A DNA stretch of 64,000 bases from Eledone cirrhosa (lineage: Eukaryota): NCBI GenBank assembly GCA_964016885.1, contig OZ024742.1, positions 155,806,001 to 155,870,000 of the forward strand, read 5' to 3'. The position numbers were made by a program, and so were the translations under genes. Shown here in pieces: positions 23,731 through 37,934 of this stretch. The notes under the pieces are model-generated. The model was not told the DNA's origin, searched no databases, and was given only the letters and a program-made list of their open reading frames with translations. Position 1 is the stretch's first letter, and each line of letters begins with the position of its first letter.

Positions 23731-25293
23731 TATTGAATGTTCATAATACCAATCTAAATCAGGAAACTATAGTTCCTATCGTAAATAACTTCTCCAATCT
23801 AATTCCTTCTGTAAATAATACTAGGTGATTTGTTAATAACTCTGTTAATTTCTCTAATAGGAATTGTAATTGCCCTCTTAGAACTAAATGTCCTATTAAT
23901 AACCAATGTCTTGATAAAAAATAAGTGTATGAATGTAAGGTTATACTGGTACTAATTCTTTTACCTATTTCGGTTCCACTTCCACTTCCTTTAAAGCAAG
24001 ATTTTATAATCACAAACCGTCTTTTAAATACCAACTTAAAATAACTCTACACGGCACTCTCGGAACTCATATGGTCTTTAAAAGACAAAAATATGAACTA
24101 TAACATCTCTTGGAGAAAGGTTTGCAACGCATTTCCTTACCTGAATTCTTCCCTATCCGGAACATGTAATCTCTGCCTAGCCAAGAAATTTACCATTATA
24201 TCTAATTTTAATTCTATAATAAATAGACGTACGGATTTATTTTCGCTCTGCTTGCATAAATCCCATAGAACATTCCATAAAGTATACTGCTAATATCTCA
24301 ATACCTAATTAGTGTAAAATCTTATTTTCTCAAAGGCTTTTATATCTTTTACAAATATACCCATCTTTCCACCTTATTTCAGTATATTATATTATACGAG
24401 TTACTCCTTTAATCTGTAACTTTGACTTACCAATTACTTCTCAATTCATATTATTACTCACTACAGCATTCTCCATTTTTCCTCATATTATTGGCCATAG
24501 AAACTTTATATTTTTTAATATATAATAATATTACTATTACAAAATGTTTGTAAACATATATACCTTTTGACGTTAGATATTTTTTTTCCTTAAATTCTCT
24601 TTTTTCTTCTCTCCTTCCATGCTCGTTTTAAACCTATTATTTACTTTTAGATATTACAATACATAAAAACAAACTTAAAACCTAACTAATTCCTCTAAGT
24701 TCATAATTCATTTATTCTTCTCCTTCTTTCACATTATATCTTTAATATCCTTAATATTTTTATTTTAATAATACATATTAATAAATTCTTTTTTTTCGCA
24801 CATATTATTAAACCCTTCAATATATAAACCTAAATTAATACTATTCCTAATTCCTTTTTCTTCTATCATAAACATCAACATCCATAAAGGTCATTAACTT
24901 TTAATTTCAAAAGGATTTTTTTATTTCTCTCTGTGTGACAATGTTTTTCTTAATTGTAAATGCTATTTCTCTCTCTCTCTATCACTCATTTCTCCTCCTC
25001 TGTCATCATTCCTTTTTATACTCCTCCCCCACCATCCTTTATTTGTTTTCTTCCTCTTCCTTACCTCTTTACACCCTCCCCCCCTCATTTTTTCCCAATC
25101 TCATATATCCATCTTGCCTTTATTTTTCATATGTGGATTTAAAACTTCACTGCTCACAAGTGTTTTTAAGCTTCATATGATGTCTCCCTATTTTATCTGA
25201 TGAGAACGCTGATATCATCACATGATGATATTTGATTTTGAAATGGCCATAATAAAATACTTGGAACTCTTTTAACCATCTTTTGATCTTATA

Positions 25294-25295
<2 letters not shown>
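23722..25295 (+). mobile_element. 5'-truncated Naiad-type PLE (family B)
   Basis: CNCPLRTKCPINNQCL, CNLCLAKK, CLHK; homologous to 13543-15200 in the opposite orientation. Confidence 0.88.
25189..25259 (+). ncRNA. Type I hammerhead ribozyme
   Basis: tattttat CTGATGA [stem II] GAAA TGGCCA TA ataaaata. Confidence 0.85.
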
Positions 25296-25338
<43 letters not shown>

Positions 25339-26222
25339 AGTTATATATTATGATATATATTATGTTATATATTATGATATAGTTACGGAATTATTAAATA
25401 GAAATAATAATATTTTCAAGAGTAAATATAACTACTTATTAATCCTATAAGTAAATGACAACTGTTTATAATGTAAAAAGAATAATTCAGATAATAATTC
25501 TAAACATTATATAAAATGCATATACTGATGGTGATATGCGAATAAGTTGTGGTAAATATCCGTATTCATATTTAATATGTTTGTAAACTTGCTTGATAGG
25601 TAAAAATGTTTTTGATTTTTGAATTTTGTAACAAAATATCGAATATATTTATTAATTGAACTATGCTTCTGATTATTATAGAAAATATTTTTATATTGTT
25701 TAATTTTGATATAATATATTAGTATAATTAGCTCAAACATAACCAAATACAAAAGATATTAAAAAATTCATGCTATTTAATTGGTCGCTTCTATTTGAAA
25801 ACAATGGTCACTCATCATGTCTCTTTCTTCTCTCTTTCTTTCATTCTTTCCTTTTTGCAGTTACGTCTTCCCTCTTCTCTCTCCTTCGTGTATCTTCTCT
25901 TCTTTTTCTCTCTTCTTCTTTCTTCTCTGTTATCTATCTCTCTCTCTCTCTCACTTCCTGTTCCTCCCTAACACAGATATTTATCCTTTTAAATATTTAT
26001 ATATGTATGTACGTATGTGTTTATTTATTTCTTCTTACATTTTCTGATACTCACCCCCTCCTTATACATATATCTCGCTCCACATCCTCTTCTTCAACAT
26101 ATTTAAGTTTATCATGTTATTATTTGTGTATATACATATTGAGAATTGTTGTAATAAATCACTGCCAATACTGGAATTGAACCATCAAGACAGTTGAGGT
26201 ATGTCATACATCAATTCATATA

Positions 26223-26285
26223 TTTTATCTGATGAGGACGTACTGAAAAAAACAGCATAGTAACTCCGGAATATATATAATAAAA
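26223..26285 (+). ncRNA. Hammerhead motif, one core substitution (GGAA)
   Basis: ttttat CTGATGA gga...tcc GGAA tatata TA ataaaa. Confidence 0.6.
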
Positions 26286-26420
26286 CATATATTTTGATTA
26301 TGTGAACGTCTTCATTCATTTATATTTTGAGTAACTCCAGAAATCTTCCTTGTAGAGTGCTTTTAATCTATTGTAAAACTATATTCATTAAGTAATCAAT
26401 GAATCATATTAATCTTTAGT

Positions 26421-26487
<67 letters not shown>

Positions 26488-26724
26488 ACTAGGCCGCCCG
26501 TGAACGTTGCGTCACTTTCACTTCAAAATATATTTTTATAAAATCATGTTCACTTAAAAATAATTTTTAGATAATTAAAATATACACAGACATGTATATA
26601 ATGTGAAATGAACTGGAAGGCCCATATACATACATATATATAAATGTGTGTGTATATATGTATGTGTGTATATATATATATATATAGTAAATATATATGT
26701 GTGTGTGTGCGTGTGTGTGATCTA

Positions 26725-27127
26725 TATACACTGGTATTAGACTCACAGATATATATATATATATATACACACACACTCACACATATATATATACACAACA
26801 ACACCACCAGCTCTTTCTCTCTCACTCTTCCATTCTCCTTCTATGTCTCTTCTTCCTCTCTTTATGTCTCTGTTTCAATCAACTGTCTCACTAACACTAT
26901 CTCTTTATCTCTATCTTTCTCTCTCTGTTTATGAAGGGTACAGGAAAAATCCCATATCTCATGAACCCGTACTCCTGTTTACGCGAAACTTGTTTTATTC
27001 CGTTTGTATTCTCTTTTCATGGTTATATTTCTTTCATAGTATTTTCCCATTATTCGCCCTTTTGACTGTATTACATTACAGATAAGCAAGCAAACAAACA
27101 ATCGCAAAGTGTTAGTAGTATATAGAT
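26725..27127 (-). mobile_element. Non-autonomous Helitron-like repeat
   Basis: Homologous to 5640-6045. Confidence 0.45.
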
Positions 27128-27834
27128 ATACAGACACTCACCTTCTCCGTCTCACCATTCTAATTGACTCTCACTTTGGTACCCCTTCTAGTTTTCTAAA
27201 AATCTTACTTTACAATCCACACGTGTGTTTCCGTTTTTTTCTCTCAAGCACCTCACGACCTTTTCTCCGCCACGCCGCTTCTCACTACCCTGCCTCTTCT
27301 CCAACCTCTGCCCTCACTTAGCCCTCATTCATGCCATCTCCCAAAATGGCTGACCATCATTTTCTCACTCTTTATATATTTCATCTTGTATTCCTCATGC
27401 TAAATTGTGTCTGAAACTTTAAGACTCCTTTCTTCTTATTTCAAGCGTTAAACAATATATTTCTTCAGTGTACTCTCCTGTCTGCTTTGTATTTTCTGTT
27501 AACACCCCCCACCCCCCACCCCACACACACTCACATGATGGCTGCAAACTCTGCTAAGAATATTACAATCGCTTGTCAGATTGCCGAAACTGGTGCACCT
27601 TTAGGCTACAGCCAGCCACACGAACTTGAAACAGATCCTGTAGGAGCAATGCCTGTTATTGAAAGTTGTTTTAAGTGGGGAAAGTCCTTGAACTCGGCCA
27701 ATCCCACTCTCTCAGTCGAAAACAGTACCCGAAAAGGAAAACTTGTCAACATTATCGGATATTTCCGAAGCCGCTGGATTTTTTTCAGAGATTCCCTCTC
27801 TTAGAAAGGTGTTGTGACAATAACTGGGGGCCTT

Positions 27835-28030
27835 TCACTCCCAGGTGGATGGCCATTGACTCTGCTTAGTTACTCCGCCCTTTGCCGGGCTTGTATTTCC
27901 TCCCGCAGGGAGTCCAAATATCACCCTCAACACCAAGTAAGCTTGGTTGGATTGCCAGTGTAGTCGCCGATGACCCGACCATGAGACAGGTTGTTCTGAG
28001 TTACATGTTACTAGTAGAACTCGAGACATA
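27835..28030 (-). mobile_element. RTE 5' UTR-related fragment
   Basis: gacccgaccatgagacaggttgt and ggatggccattgactct are shared with 13200-13392. Confidence 0.75.
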
Positions 28031-28646
28031 CATACATAGGTATACACATTAATGTTATTCCTTTTTGTGTTTCATAAAATAACATATTCATATATGGAAT
28101 TGGTTAATTAATTATATTGCCATGTTTTTTTTCATGTAGAGATAAAGGTGAAAAAAGTATTTTCCTTCCGCTAAGGTGTAGAACTATATACATTTTCAAC
28201 ATACTTGAAAGCATTGGCCTAAGTACAGCATTGATGCACGTCTCATTGATGTATTCACCAATACATAAACTTTGATTTAAATATTGTTATTTCAATTTAG
28301 TTCTATGAATATATATACGTACACTCAGATTGATTTTTTTTAGTTGCAGAAGATCCCATTAAGGGTGAAAGCAGCGATACTTTGTTTAAACATTAATCTG
28401 TTATTTTTATATATACATACTACTGTACGTCTGTATACATATATGTATGTACGCATACATACTTATATTTAAGTAACAGCCGTACGAAGAGTGAGAAATG
28501 AAATTTCGTTTCATTTTTTTCCGTTTATCGTTTTCGGTACCCCGGCCGATTAACTCACTCGATATGCAAATGAGACTGCTCAGCCGTTAATATGCATACG
28601 GAAAGTATATACTTTCAGACGTTCAATCATCTGGCAGGAAGGTATA

Positions 28647-28687
28647 CGTTGCTGACGATAGCTATTAAGCTTGAAACTAGTACAGCG
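28647..28687 (+). ncRNA. Minimal type I hammerhead ribozyme
   Basis: cgttg CTGACGA t agct atta agct t GAAA CTAG TA cagcg. Confidence 0.85.
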
Positions 28688-28901
28688 TTCCTTTGTCGGT
28701 GTTGAACAAATGAGCAACGATGGTGGCTAGACACTGTACGGCTTAATTCGGGATGTTCGTTTACAAACACACCGAGCATTATAATATATGTTCCGTGAAT
28801 CCAAACGTACATACACATATGTGTGCATGTATGATTATATATATACATACTACTGTACGTCTGTATACATATATGTATGTACGTATATATACTTATATAT
28901 A

Positions 28902-28938
<37 letters not shown>

Positions 28939-29010
28939 TAAATTTGGACGGGAACGAAACAGAGAGGCAGACAAATAAAGGTTTATTAGGTTCACGCTCT
29001 TGAGAGGGGG

Positions 29011-29260
29011 GACGTTTCATGCATAACCCCTTCTTCAGGAGAAAATATGTTAGGAAGAGTGTTCCGAGGGTGTGTGGATGAGGGGTGGAAATACATTTAG
29101 AAAAAAGGGGGAAGGAGAACAAATAAAAATAAAATAGACGTAGAAATAAACATAAGAATAAACAATAAAATGAACAGGTGGTGGAAGCGTGTGAGGCGTG
29201 TAAGGGTGGTGGTGGATGGAGTTGGGAGAGGGAGGCGGGGAGTCGAAGCGGGGAAGGCTT
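29011..29260 (-). mobile_element. pLTR-like fragment with a hammerhead-like core; same family as 63750-64000
   Basis: Minus strand: ggaacactcttcc..ttttctc CTGAAGA aggggttatgcat GAAA CG TC; stem I not evident. Confidence 0.5.
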
Positions 29261-29372
29261 CATTATATATATATATATAAAGTCTAAAGTCTGTCTCAAG
29301 CCCGGTGTCTCATTAGGCCGGTGCTTATCCCAGTTTTTCATGGCATTTTTTTTTAGTGACTGAGAGTACAAT

Positions 29373-29550
29373 AATTGTTTCTACAATAGGCACAAGGCCA
29401 GCAATTATCCCAGTGTATTACTGGTACTTTATTTTATCGACCCCGTAAAGATGTAAGGCAAAGTTAACCTCGACGGGATTTGAACTCAGAATGGCAAGGG
29501 CCGTAACTCCATGCGTCAAATCATGGTCCGACTCTCTACCGATACTGCCA
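29373..29550 (-). mobile_element. tRNA-derived SINE (family 1)
   Basis: Homologous to 5340-5525. Confidence 0.85.
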
Positions 29551-31778
29551 AATCCCACCTAGACAGGCAGGACGCCAGACAATCGCAGCATTAAACTCCC
29601 ATATATTGCCTGTTTGTCTGGCTGTCTGCTTGGCTGTTGCGTTATGCAATGATAAACAATTATAAAATATTTACTACTCTATGTATATAATTGTTTTTCT
29701 CAAAAAGCACCCAAATATATACAATGCCTGTACGTGTCTCTTTTCAAAACAAATATTTATCGTGCTAAAATGTATATTAGACCACTTTTACATAATTTAT
29801 TTTCCTCGATGCAGAGAAGTCAAATACATTTGAAAATCTTCTTTAGACACTTAAAAAAAAATTACATTATGTTTTTTTAATGTCATGTTTACGCTTTCAT
29901 TTCAATGGAAATTAATAATACAAGCTAATTAATATGAAACTTCTGCGTGATAGTTAATTGTGTAAATCGACCGATATAAATATCCTGTTACTTCTTGAAT
30001 TCTTAATTACTACATCCTATTATTTTTTTCTGCCGCTACATAAACATTGTGTCTGTCTCCATTTACTGTCGTTACATTAAAAAAAAAATGTTTTTCTCTT
30101 TCTGTTTCGGAAAACAAATTTCTTTCTTCAACCAACCGTAGAATTACTTTGCTTTCTCACGTATTATTTAGCTTTTATTCTAAATTGCAAAATGAATCTG
30201 GCGTCTAGAAAAACCTCGATCTATTTCTGCTTGCTTGCGTTGTTATAGAACCGTCACCTGCTGACCAAATGACAGAAAATATAGCGAATTGCAATGGATT
30301 TATAAGATCCACAACATGTATACAAAGGAATTAAAGTGAATTTTCTCGCCCACATTATATGGCACGGCTGCACACTAATCTATTTCAATGTTTTATGAAA
30401 ACTTTCAACATTTTCCCAGAGAAACTTACATACATTGCACCTACAATGGTCTACACATGTAATGTAGAAAATCATTTAGCTCTGATTTACAATAACATTT
30501 GGGAAACTTAATATCAACAAAATCGGAATATAGCTGAATAGAAGCAGAAGAAAAAACACATCAGAACACTTAATATATTCACAGTAATCATAAAACAATA
30601 TACGTATGCTACTGTAAGAATTAACATTTTGTTTTTAATAGAACTGAGACAATCATAGCACGAGTATTATCTCCAGAGATGGTTTATAAGATCTTAGTAA
30701 AATTAAGATAAGCAATATATATTCCATTTCCAAGTTCTATCACCAAAGCCATTACAAATGTAAGAAATGCACAGTCTGAAAAGAAACAATACTCATAATT
30801 ATTTTGATTTACAAAGTTTCGTCGTTAAACATGTTGTTTGTTGAATAAATTATGTAATGAGACAAACGCAACGTGAATAATCTGATCTCGCTAACACAAG
30901 CCATAGCAATAGAGCAACTGGTTGTTAAAAGAGGGAAACAAAAACGTATTGGACATTTGAAACGTAATAGACTATTAGAAAGTACATATATAATATTTTG
31001 ATAGAATAGTATAAGGTTAGTCAGAAGAACACACCTGACACAGCAAGCATAATTTCCAAGTGAACACATAATTCACAAGAACAATAATCTAATCTAAAAT
31101 TGATCATTAAATTTCAGAATGCACATATGAAATTGCCTACGAAGTAAAATTACCTCGGTATACTTTTCACATACACTCCTGCAATGGTCATAATACAGAG
31201 TTAAACGTACTCGGTAACTTACACGTTACGTTCACTTTATGACACTTTTCATAAGGACAAGACAAATGACATAATTGCTATTATAATCTCGAAGATGTTA
31301 TTAGAGATGAACTCGGTTTGTGGTATGCTGAAATTTTATGTAACTAAACATATTATTTATCGGTACAATACACAACATAACGAATTGCACAAAACATGCA
31401 AACAGAAAGATTTGTTAAATTCTATCAACATTAATCAATGTATTAAGGGATTTATTTCAATTTTCACATTCCTCAGAATACAAGAGGTCCTAATCTCCTT
31501 ATAATATATAACCAGCAATTTCTCTGTCTGTCCGACAGTGGAAACACGTACGCGCGTGGTTGCTATCTCTCTCTCTCTCTCCAGCTATCCCTCTCTTTTA
31601 GTCTGTCTATTTCTCTCACTCTCACTCTTTCTCTTTGTAACACACTAACATTCCACCCCTCTATCGCTGTGACGAATGGGGAGATGCAGGAGGAGGGGGA
31701 GGATGAGAGAGTCACTTCGTCACTTCACCTCTGCCTTTCTTTCTCTCCCCTCTCACTCCCTCATTATGTACAGATATT

Positions 31779-31972
31779 AGGGGGGTGGATTGGCAGAATC
31801 TGTAGAGAGTCGGACACTATGCTTCATAGCATGGAGTTACGTCCCTTTGCGGTCCGAGTTCAAATATCGCCGAGGTTAACTTTGCCTTTCATCCTCACGG
31901 GGTCGATAAAATAAAGTACCAGTAATGTACTGGGTAATTGCTGGCCTTGTGCCAAAAGTAGAAACAATTATT
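31779..31972 (+). mobile_element. tRNA-derived SINE (family 1)
   Basis: tggcagaatctg A-box, gagttcaaat B-box, conserved core and gtagaaacaattatt tail. Confidence 0.85.
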
Positions 31973-32149
31973 AGAAACATTGCTTCATTTTTACATATCT
32001 AAGCATTAGTAAAATAACTAATAATTTCAAAAGTAATTTTTCAATTCCAATTGTTATGAACAGCAAAACATTAATAATAATTTTGTTCTAAGAAATATAT
32101 ATACATTTCTGTGTGTGTAATATATATATATAAATATATATATATATAC

Positions 32150-32705
32150 ACACACATAAATATATGGGCATTTCTCTGTTTGTCTGTTTGTCTATCTGTC
32201 CTTCCCTAAAACTCAAATGTAGGTGCTACAGAAATATTACCTTCCCCTTCCTTTCTCCACTTTTGTACTACCAAGAGAAACACTGTCGCTATAGAAACAT
32301 TACCTTCCCCTCTCCACTGACTTTGGTCACTGAGGCCGAGGGAATCGCTGGTTGCTATAGAGACACCTTGCACAAGCCAGAAGTAACCAGTTCGAGGCGG
32401 TTCTGACTTGACACCATGTCAAGGACCATTTGAAGATATATTTCCAACGTTATATCATAACGTTTATGTATCATAACGTTTATATTTCCGTCACTAATCT
32501 CTTTTTCTACTTTTTCGTTTTAACATATATTTATTTCAAAGATTTCACCGTATAGATAACATATATATTTATACATGCATAAAAGAGACACCGAGAGACG
32601 GTGAACATGTGGTGCCGAAAACATTTCTCATCCAAATCTCAACAATATCAGTATATACACTAGATTTGCAAGCATAAAACCGCCAACCAGGTGGTTTTCT
32701 GCTAG
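32150..32705 (+). mobile_element. Non-autonomous Helitron-like element
   Basis: 5' ctgt/gtct microrepeats; 3' hairpin aaaaccgcc aacca ggtggtttt followed by CTAG|T. Confidence 0.6.
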
Positions 32706-35539
32706 TCTACTATATAAATGGCAATTTCTGCCTGTGTATCTAGTGTATCTGTGTATAACCAGTTGGCGCCTACATCAGTGATCCGATCCTGATGAAATTT
32801 TACACACATGTTAAGCTAATATTCAGAAGCAGGACTGGCTAATTTCAATAAAACTCAATAATGGAACACCCGGGGATATATTTACAATGGAAAGAGAAGA
32901 CGTTTCAGTGAGAGAGGGAGAAGAGGAGATACTACTACTGTATGTTAAACCCTCACTCCCCTTCCTTCCCCCCACAACTCTGTCCTCAAAAACGAGGCAA
33001 CAACTTATTAGAAATGAGTTTATTTTGTCGATATTTCGTGGTGTAGGATCGTGGAAAGATTGTTCTTCGTGCGTTCCCTATTGAATTTACATTGCACGAA
33101 TTGTCCTTTTAAACGCAATTAACATGCCGTCTTTGGGAGTAGAGTCTATTTTGTCGATATTTCGAGGTAACGGATCGTGGGAAGATATAACACGAATTAA
33201 GAAGATGTAACGTCTCCCCCATTATTGACAATTTGCAATAGTGAACGTTACAAGGCCCTATTTAGGGCCAACACTTCCGATAGTTTATCCGACTTATTAT
33301 GGTGTGTTTTCTCAGGTTATATCTACTATAGGGGAACAACGTGATGGTTTTATTGAATTGCTTCAGTCATTCGACGGGCTTGAACAGTACCTGAATATGT
33401 TCACTCGGTTATAATTTCTTCAATAATTGCGATGACATCCTCAAATATTCTGTTTGTTTTTGAGCGCTAAGGCAGTAGTAAGTTTGCTATTCTTATACAT
33501 AAGTTTGTTGAATAAGTTCGATACTCTTCGAGCTCAAACTACTCTGGCTTATTCAATCTGAATAAAGAAAGCTGGATGGAAGGACTTATGACTTAAATAG
33601 CTATGACTTAAAATGCTACACAACAAATTGATCTGCCATAAACACACATAGCAAAGGTTGCTATCAAAAATCCAGTATGGCAGATTTTCAGGCGCACTCT
33701 GGGAACTGCGAATAAACCGACCTCTCCTGGTATTATCAGGTACTGCAGCTAGTTATACATAGAACAACATGACCACATATAAGCATAATTTCTGTATGAC
33801 CTCAGTCTGAAATAAATTATATTCACAAAATATTGATAGCGAATAGTCCAATAGACTTTTCCAATACATATATGAAGAAAGCAGAAAAATGTTAACAAAT
33901 TCAAGACTATCACTCTGATTTTAAAATCTGTAATGTAATGGTATGAAATATTATAAGGAAACCTATTACGAAATAAAATAATAATTTATTAAGTGATATT
34001 CAGCAAAGTTTAGGTCGTTGGCATATATAAACCGCAGTGAAGCCAGTGGATGTTAATTTATCTTATTAAATTCACAGAGTTTATCTGGGCTGTGATAAGG
34101 GTTTGAAGAAAAAAAGGAGCATTATGTATTAAATAAGAAATATCGTCACAAATGATAACTAGGTAAATATTTGTATAAAAATTAATATGACAGATATGAA
34201 ACTAATATCTAATATGTCCATTCCTTGCGGTTTTTAAGAGATGGAGCAGACATATAGAGGCTCTCAGTTTCACTCACTGATTGAAAGAAGAGGCGAAAAC
34301 CCAATACTTGTATTTAAGAATACAAGTATCGGGTTTAACCCTACGATCACTCAATAAAATACACGTACAGAGATTTCTCTATGTTTGTTATACAACTATA
34401 TATTGCATATAGTGTCACATATTCCTCAACACTTTCGTACGCTGCCCGATGGCTTAGGGGTACAGCTGATTATGCAGCTCAGTATAATCAGCAGTGGGTT
34501 GATGTAAATAGGAAAGGCTGTGAAGAGGAATGTAAGAAAGTGTTTCCGCATATCTACGTACACGCACATACTTTATGTGTGTGTGTGTTTGTGTGTGTGT
34601 GTGTATGTGTGTGTGTGGGGGGGGGGGGGGTGAGTGTGTGTAAATAAAATTTGGCAAATATAAAATTATGTGTGAAATTGAAAGAAATAACATATAGAAT
34701 CACCCCATAAGAAAATATCAATAGATAAATTCTTAAAATATGTCGCAGACTGTAATATTATTTATTCCGATATTTGTCATGAATATTAGATTAAAATGTT
34801 ATTACAAATATCCTCTTACAAGTTTTGTACAATTTCAATTATTATTGATGAACACAAACTATTCTTTAAATACATAGAAGTATAAATTTGATATATAATA
34901 TTGACATACGCTTATTAATTCGTAAATAGAAATATAATGTATAATAATGATACGTTTGCTGAAATATACGTACCTATTTACTCTTGCGGAATGTAATATA
35001 ATGTAGCCAAGCTCAATATTATTGGTAAAACTCGAATGAAAAAGTAAATAAAAATAAAATTAGCGCAATACAATATTGAAAACACGAATACACCGTAGAT
35101 ATTTAGCAAGAAATGTATGAATTTTAAAATTGTGTACGTAACAATACCAAATGTTAACTGTTATCACGCAGTCATTGTGTGCTCACCTTTCCTTGTTTAA
35201 GCGTTTATTCTTTCATCTACACGTGTCTTAGAAGCAATATATGTATGTGATAAAAAGATATATTGCTTACAGTACACAATTAGAACTTGAAGTTATAGAA
35301 TTCGTTGAAAAGAACAGCTTCGCAGCCTTTAAATAATTTGACGTTGTCACGTGCCACGCCACGTAATGGAAAACGCCTAAAACCCAGTTACAAAAAATAC
35401 GAAGCCGTAAAGAGCCACAAAGTGCAAAATAAACTCAGTCACCAAAATGTTACATAATAGTGGTTGAATTGGTGTAATTCAAATGTAAATAGCAATATAT
35501 TCTAATAACATTGATTTTATTTGTGTTATATTTTATTCT

Positions 35540-36940
35540 GACAGGGAAGGGCACTTGCCCTGCCATTGTGGAGACCTCCGATAATTGACGATTTAAATTC
35601 AAGTCGGAGATTTAACACGAAAAATTGCAACAGAATGAACATTATTACAAATACCAAGTCTATTTGGAGAAGTTCAACGAGGACAGTTAAGACTACTATA
35701 TAAATTGACTACAGTAAAATCAGAACATGAAATGTTAAGGTGCCATAAATTCTCTGATCACATGCTTTAATAGTTGCATCCATCCATTTAAGCAACTTCG
35801 ACTGGTAACTTAATTTACTGTCCCCTTACAGAGGAATTGCTTAGCTGACCTCAGTGAAGTTTCAACTCAAAATTATCAGTACTGATTTATTGGAAACGGA
35901 CCACTAGTAGAAAGCCTTCAGATGAAAAAAAAAACATGCCTGCACAAGTTATTGTCATGTTTTAAAGAAGATGCAGAATTATCCTAGTATGAAAGAGCTT
36001 TCAAAGTATGTATGAAATGGGTACAGCGTGACATCTGAGCAGCAAAATATTCATGTAGTACGATAAAACACACCACATACACAAGCCTCGTCAGAAAGGC
36101 AAGATGCTGAACTGTGCACAGTATGTGGACCACCTACTATAGACTTTTCCCCACTACAGCCAAGGAATGGAAACGAAGTGTTGCGTAAGCCTGTTGTCAT
36201 CAAGACAAGGCGATGCAAACATTATAATGACCTCATAAGCCACGCATCGATCATGAATCCCGACGTGATTAGTGCCATGTAAGTGGTTAAAGAGCTTGAT
36301 CCTTCTGCACTGAAAGAGGTTAAAACTGCGGTGGAACAAATGAACTCAGACAACGCACCTAGAACGTGGCTATACTGGCCGAAATAGTAAAACGTTGTTC
36401 GAAAATAAAAGATCTTTTGTTCGTCAAGTAAAGGATCTGTTGCATAACATACACCATGGGGTGTGTTTGGAGGATGCAGTCCCATTGGACTCGAGGGATG
36501 ATTTTCTTGATTCTTTCTTCAGGAAGCGTCGCAAAGATGTTTGTGACAAGTACACTAGTTACATTTTACTATAACTTACTCGTAAAAGTTTTCCAATAAT
36601 TGCTATTAACAATTGTGTGAGGCACGTTGCATCTCACTGTCCGTTGGGGCACTAGAGATATGATATTCACTGTGCTGCAGATGCAGAAAAAGTATAAGGA
36701 GCAACAGGTTCTTCTGTGAAATTGTTTTATTGATGCCTTTGATACCATCAACAGGTAAGCATTTTGGAGTATTCTCTTAAAGCTGGGCTAATACCTCCAT
36801 TGCATGATGACATGAGGATATATGGTATCGTTAATGGTAAGCACTTAGAACATTTTCCCGTTGAGAAGTCGTGATACAGGGTAAACTGCTCGCCCTCACT
36901 ATGGTTGCCATCTACTTTACGATTTTTTTGTTAAAAGCAA
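35540..36940 (+). mobile_element. Old degraded RTE LINE
   Basis: + strand remnants: ALKEVKTAVEQMNSDNAP, DMIFTVLQMQKKYKEQ, FIDAFDTINR, VIQGKLLALTMVAIYF. Confidence 0.75.
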
Positions 36941-36962
36941 TTACATACACCGAAGGAATATG

Positions 36963-37038
<76 letters not shown>

Positions 37039-37060
37039 TATATATATATATATATACACA

Positions 37061-37934
37061 CGAGGTATGTCAGAAAGGTTCCAGGACTGATGTCACAAAA
37101 GATTTTTTTCAAACCCATACTTCACACTGAGCGTTTTCTCCTTCAAAGAAATCCCTCTGGAGTCTAATGCACTTTTCCATCCATTTCTGCCACGCTTGTA
37201 TGCACTCCTGGAATGATTCTCCGCAGATCCATCATCACGGCCTTTTAGATGTCGTCCACGTCTTCAAAACGGGTCCCCTCCGGGTCGTACTCGAAGATCC
37301 ATGACTCATCACCGGTGATGACTGTCACTAGCATATCTGGTTCGGTTTCAAGACGCTCGAGGATGTCCTGGCACACTTGCATGCGTCGACCCTTATGGTC
37401 ATCGTTCAGCAGTTTTGCCACCATCTTCGCGCAGACATTCCGCGTGTCCAAATCTTCAGTGAGATTCTTCCAAACGCTATCCCGATTCATGACCAGCTCA
37501 TTTGGCATCGCTCGAACAGTCAGCCGACGATCGCTACGCACCATCTGCCAGATGCGCTCAGCGTTGACCTCAGTCCTGGTTGTTGAGGGCATGGGGTCAT
37601 CTTCCACGACGTCACACCCTTCTTTAAACCACTTGCACCCCTCACAAATACGTGAGCGTGACATCGTCTAATCTCCATACACTTGCTGCAGCAATCCCGG
37701 TGCTTCTGACGGAGTTTTCCCCATCCGTACCAAGTTTGTTCGTTGCTCTGAGCTCATTGCTTGACGACCTGAAACAGAGGAAATGTATATAAAATTATGA
37801 AGAAAAAAGTTTGATCGCTGCAGAGTTACATACTTCAGGAGGATCACTTTGAAGGAGAAAACACCTAGTGTGAAGTTTGGGTTTGAAATAAATATTTTGT
37901 TACATCAGTCCTGGAACTTTTGTGACACACATCG
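37061..37934 (-). mobile_element. Internally deleted mariner transposon with ~105-bp terminal inverted repeats
   Basis: Ends cgaggtatgtcagaaaggttccaggactga / tcagtcctggaacttttgtgacacacatcg|TA. Transposase remnants from ATG 37757: WFKEG..VEDD, SDRRLTVR, ITGDESWIFEYDPE fused to RFEDVDDI, and DFFEG. Confidence 0.9.

Noticed and set aside
32788-32800. CTGATGA motif (similar strings also inside the RTE and Tx1 ORFs)
   Set aside because: No compatible stems or GAAA..UH; chance matches.
34297-34337. Hairpin aaacccaatacttgtatt taag aatacaagtatcgggttt preceded by GAAA
   Set aside because: The upstream ctgattga has no pairing stem II or stem I, so it is not called a hammerhead.
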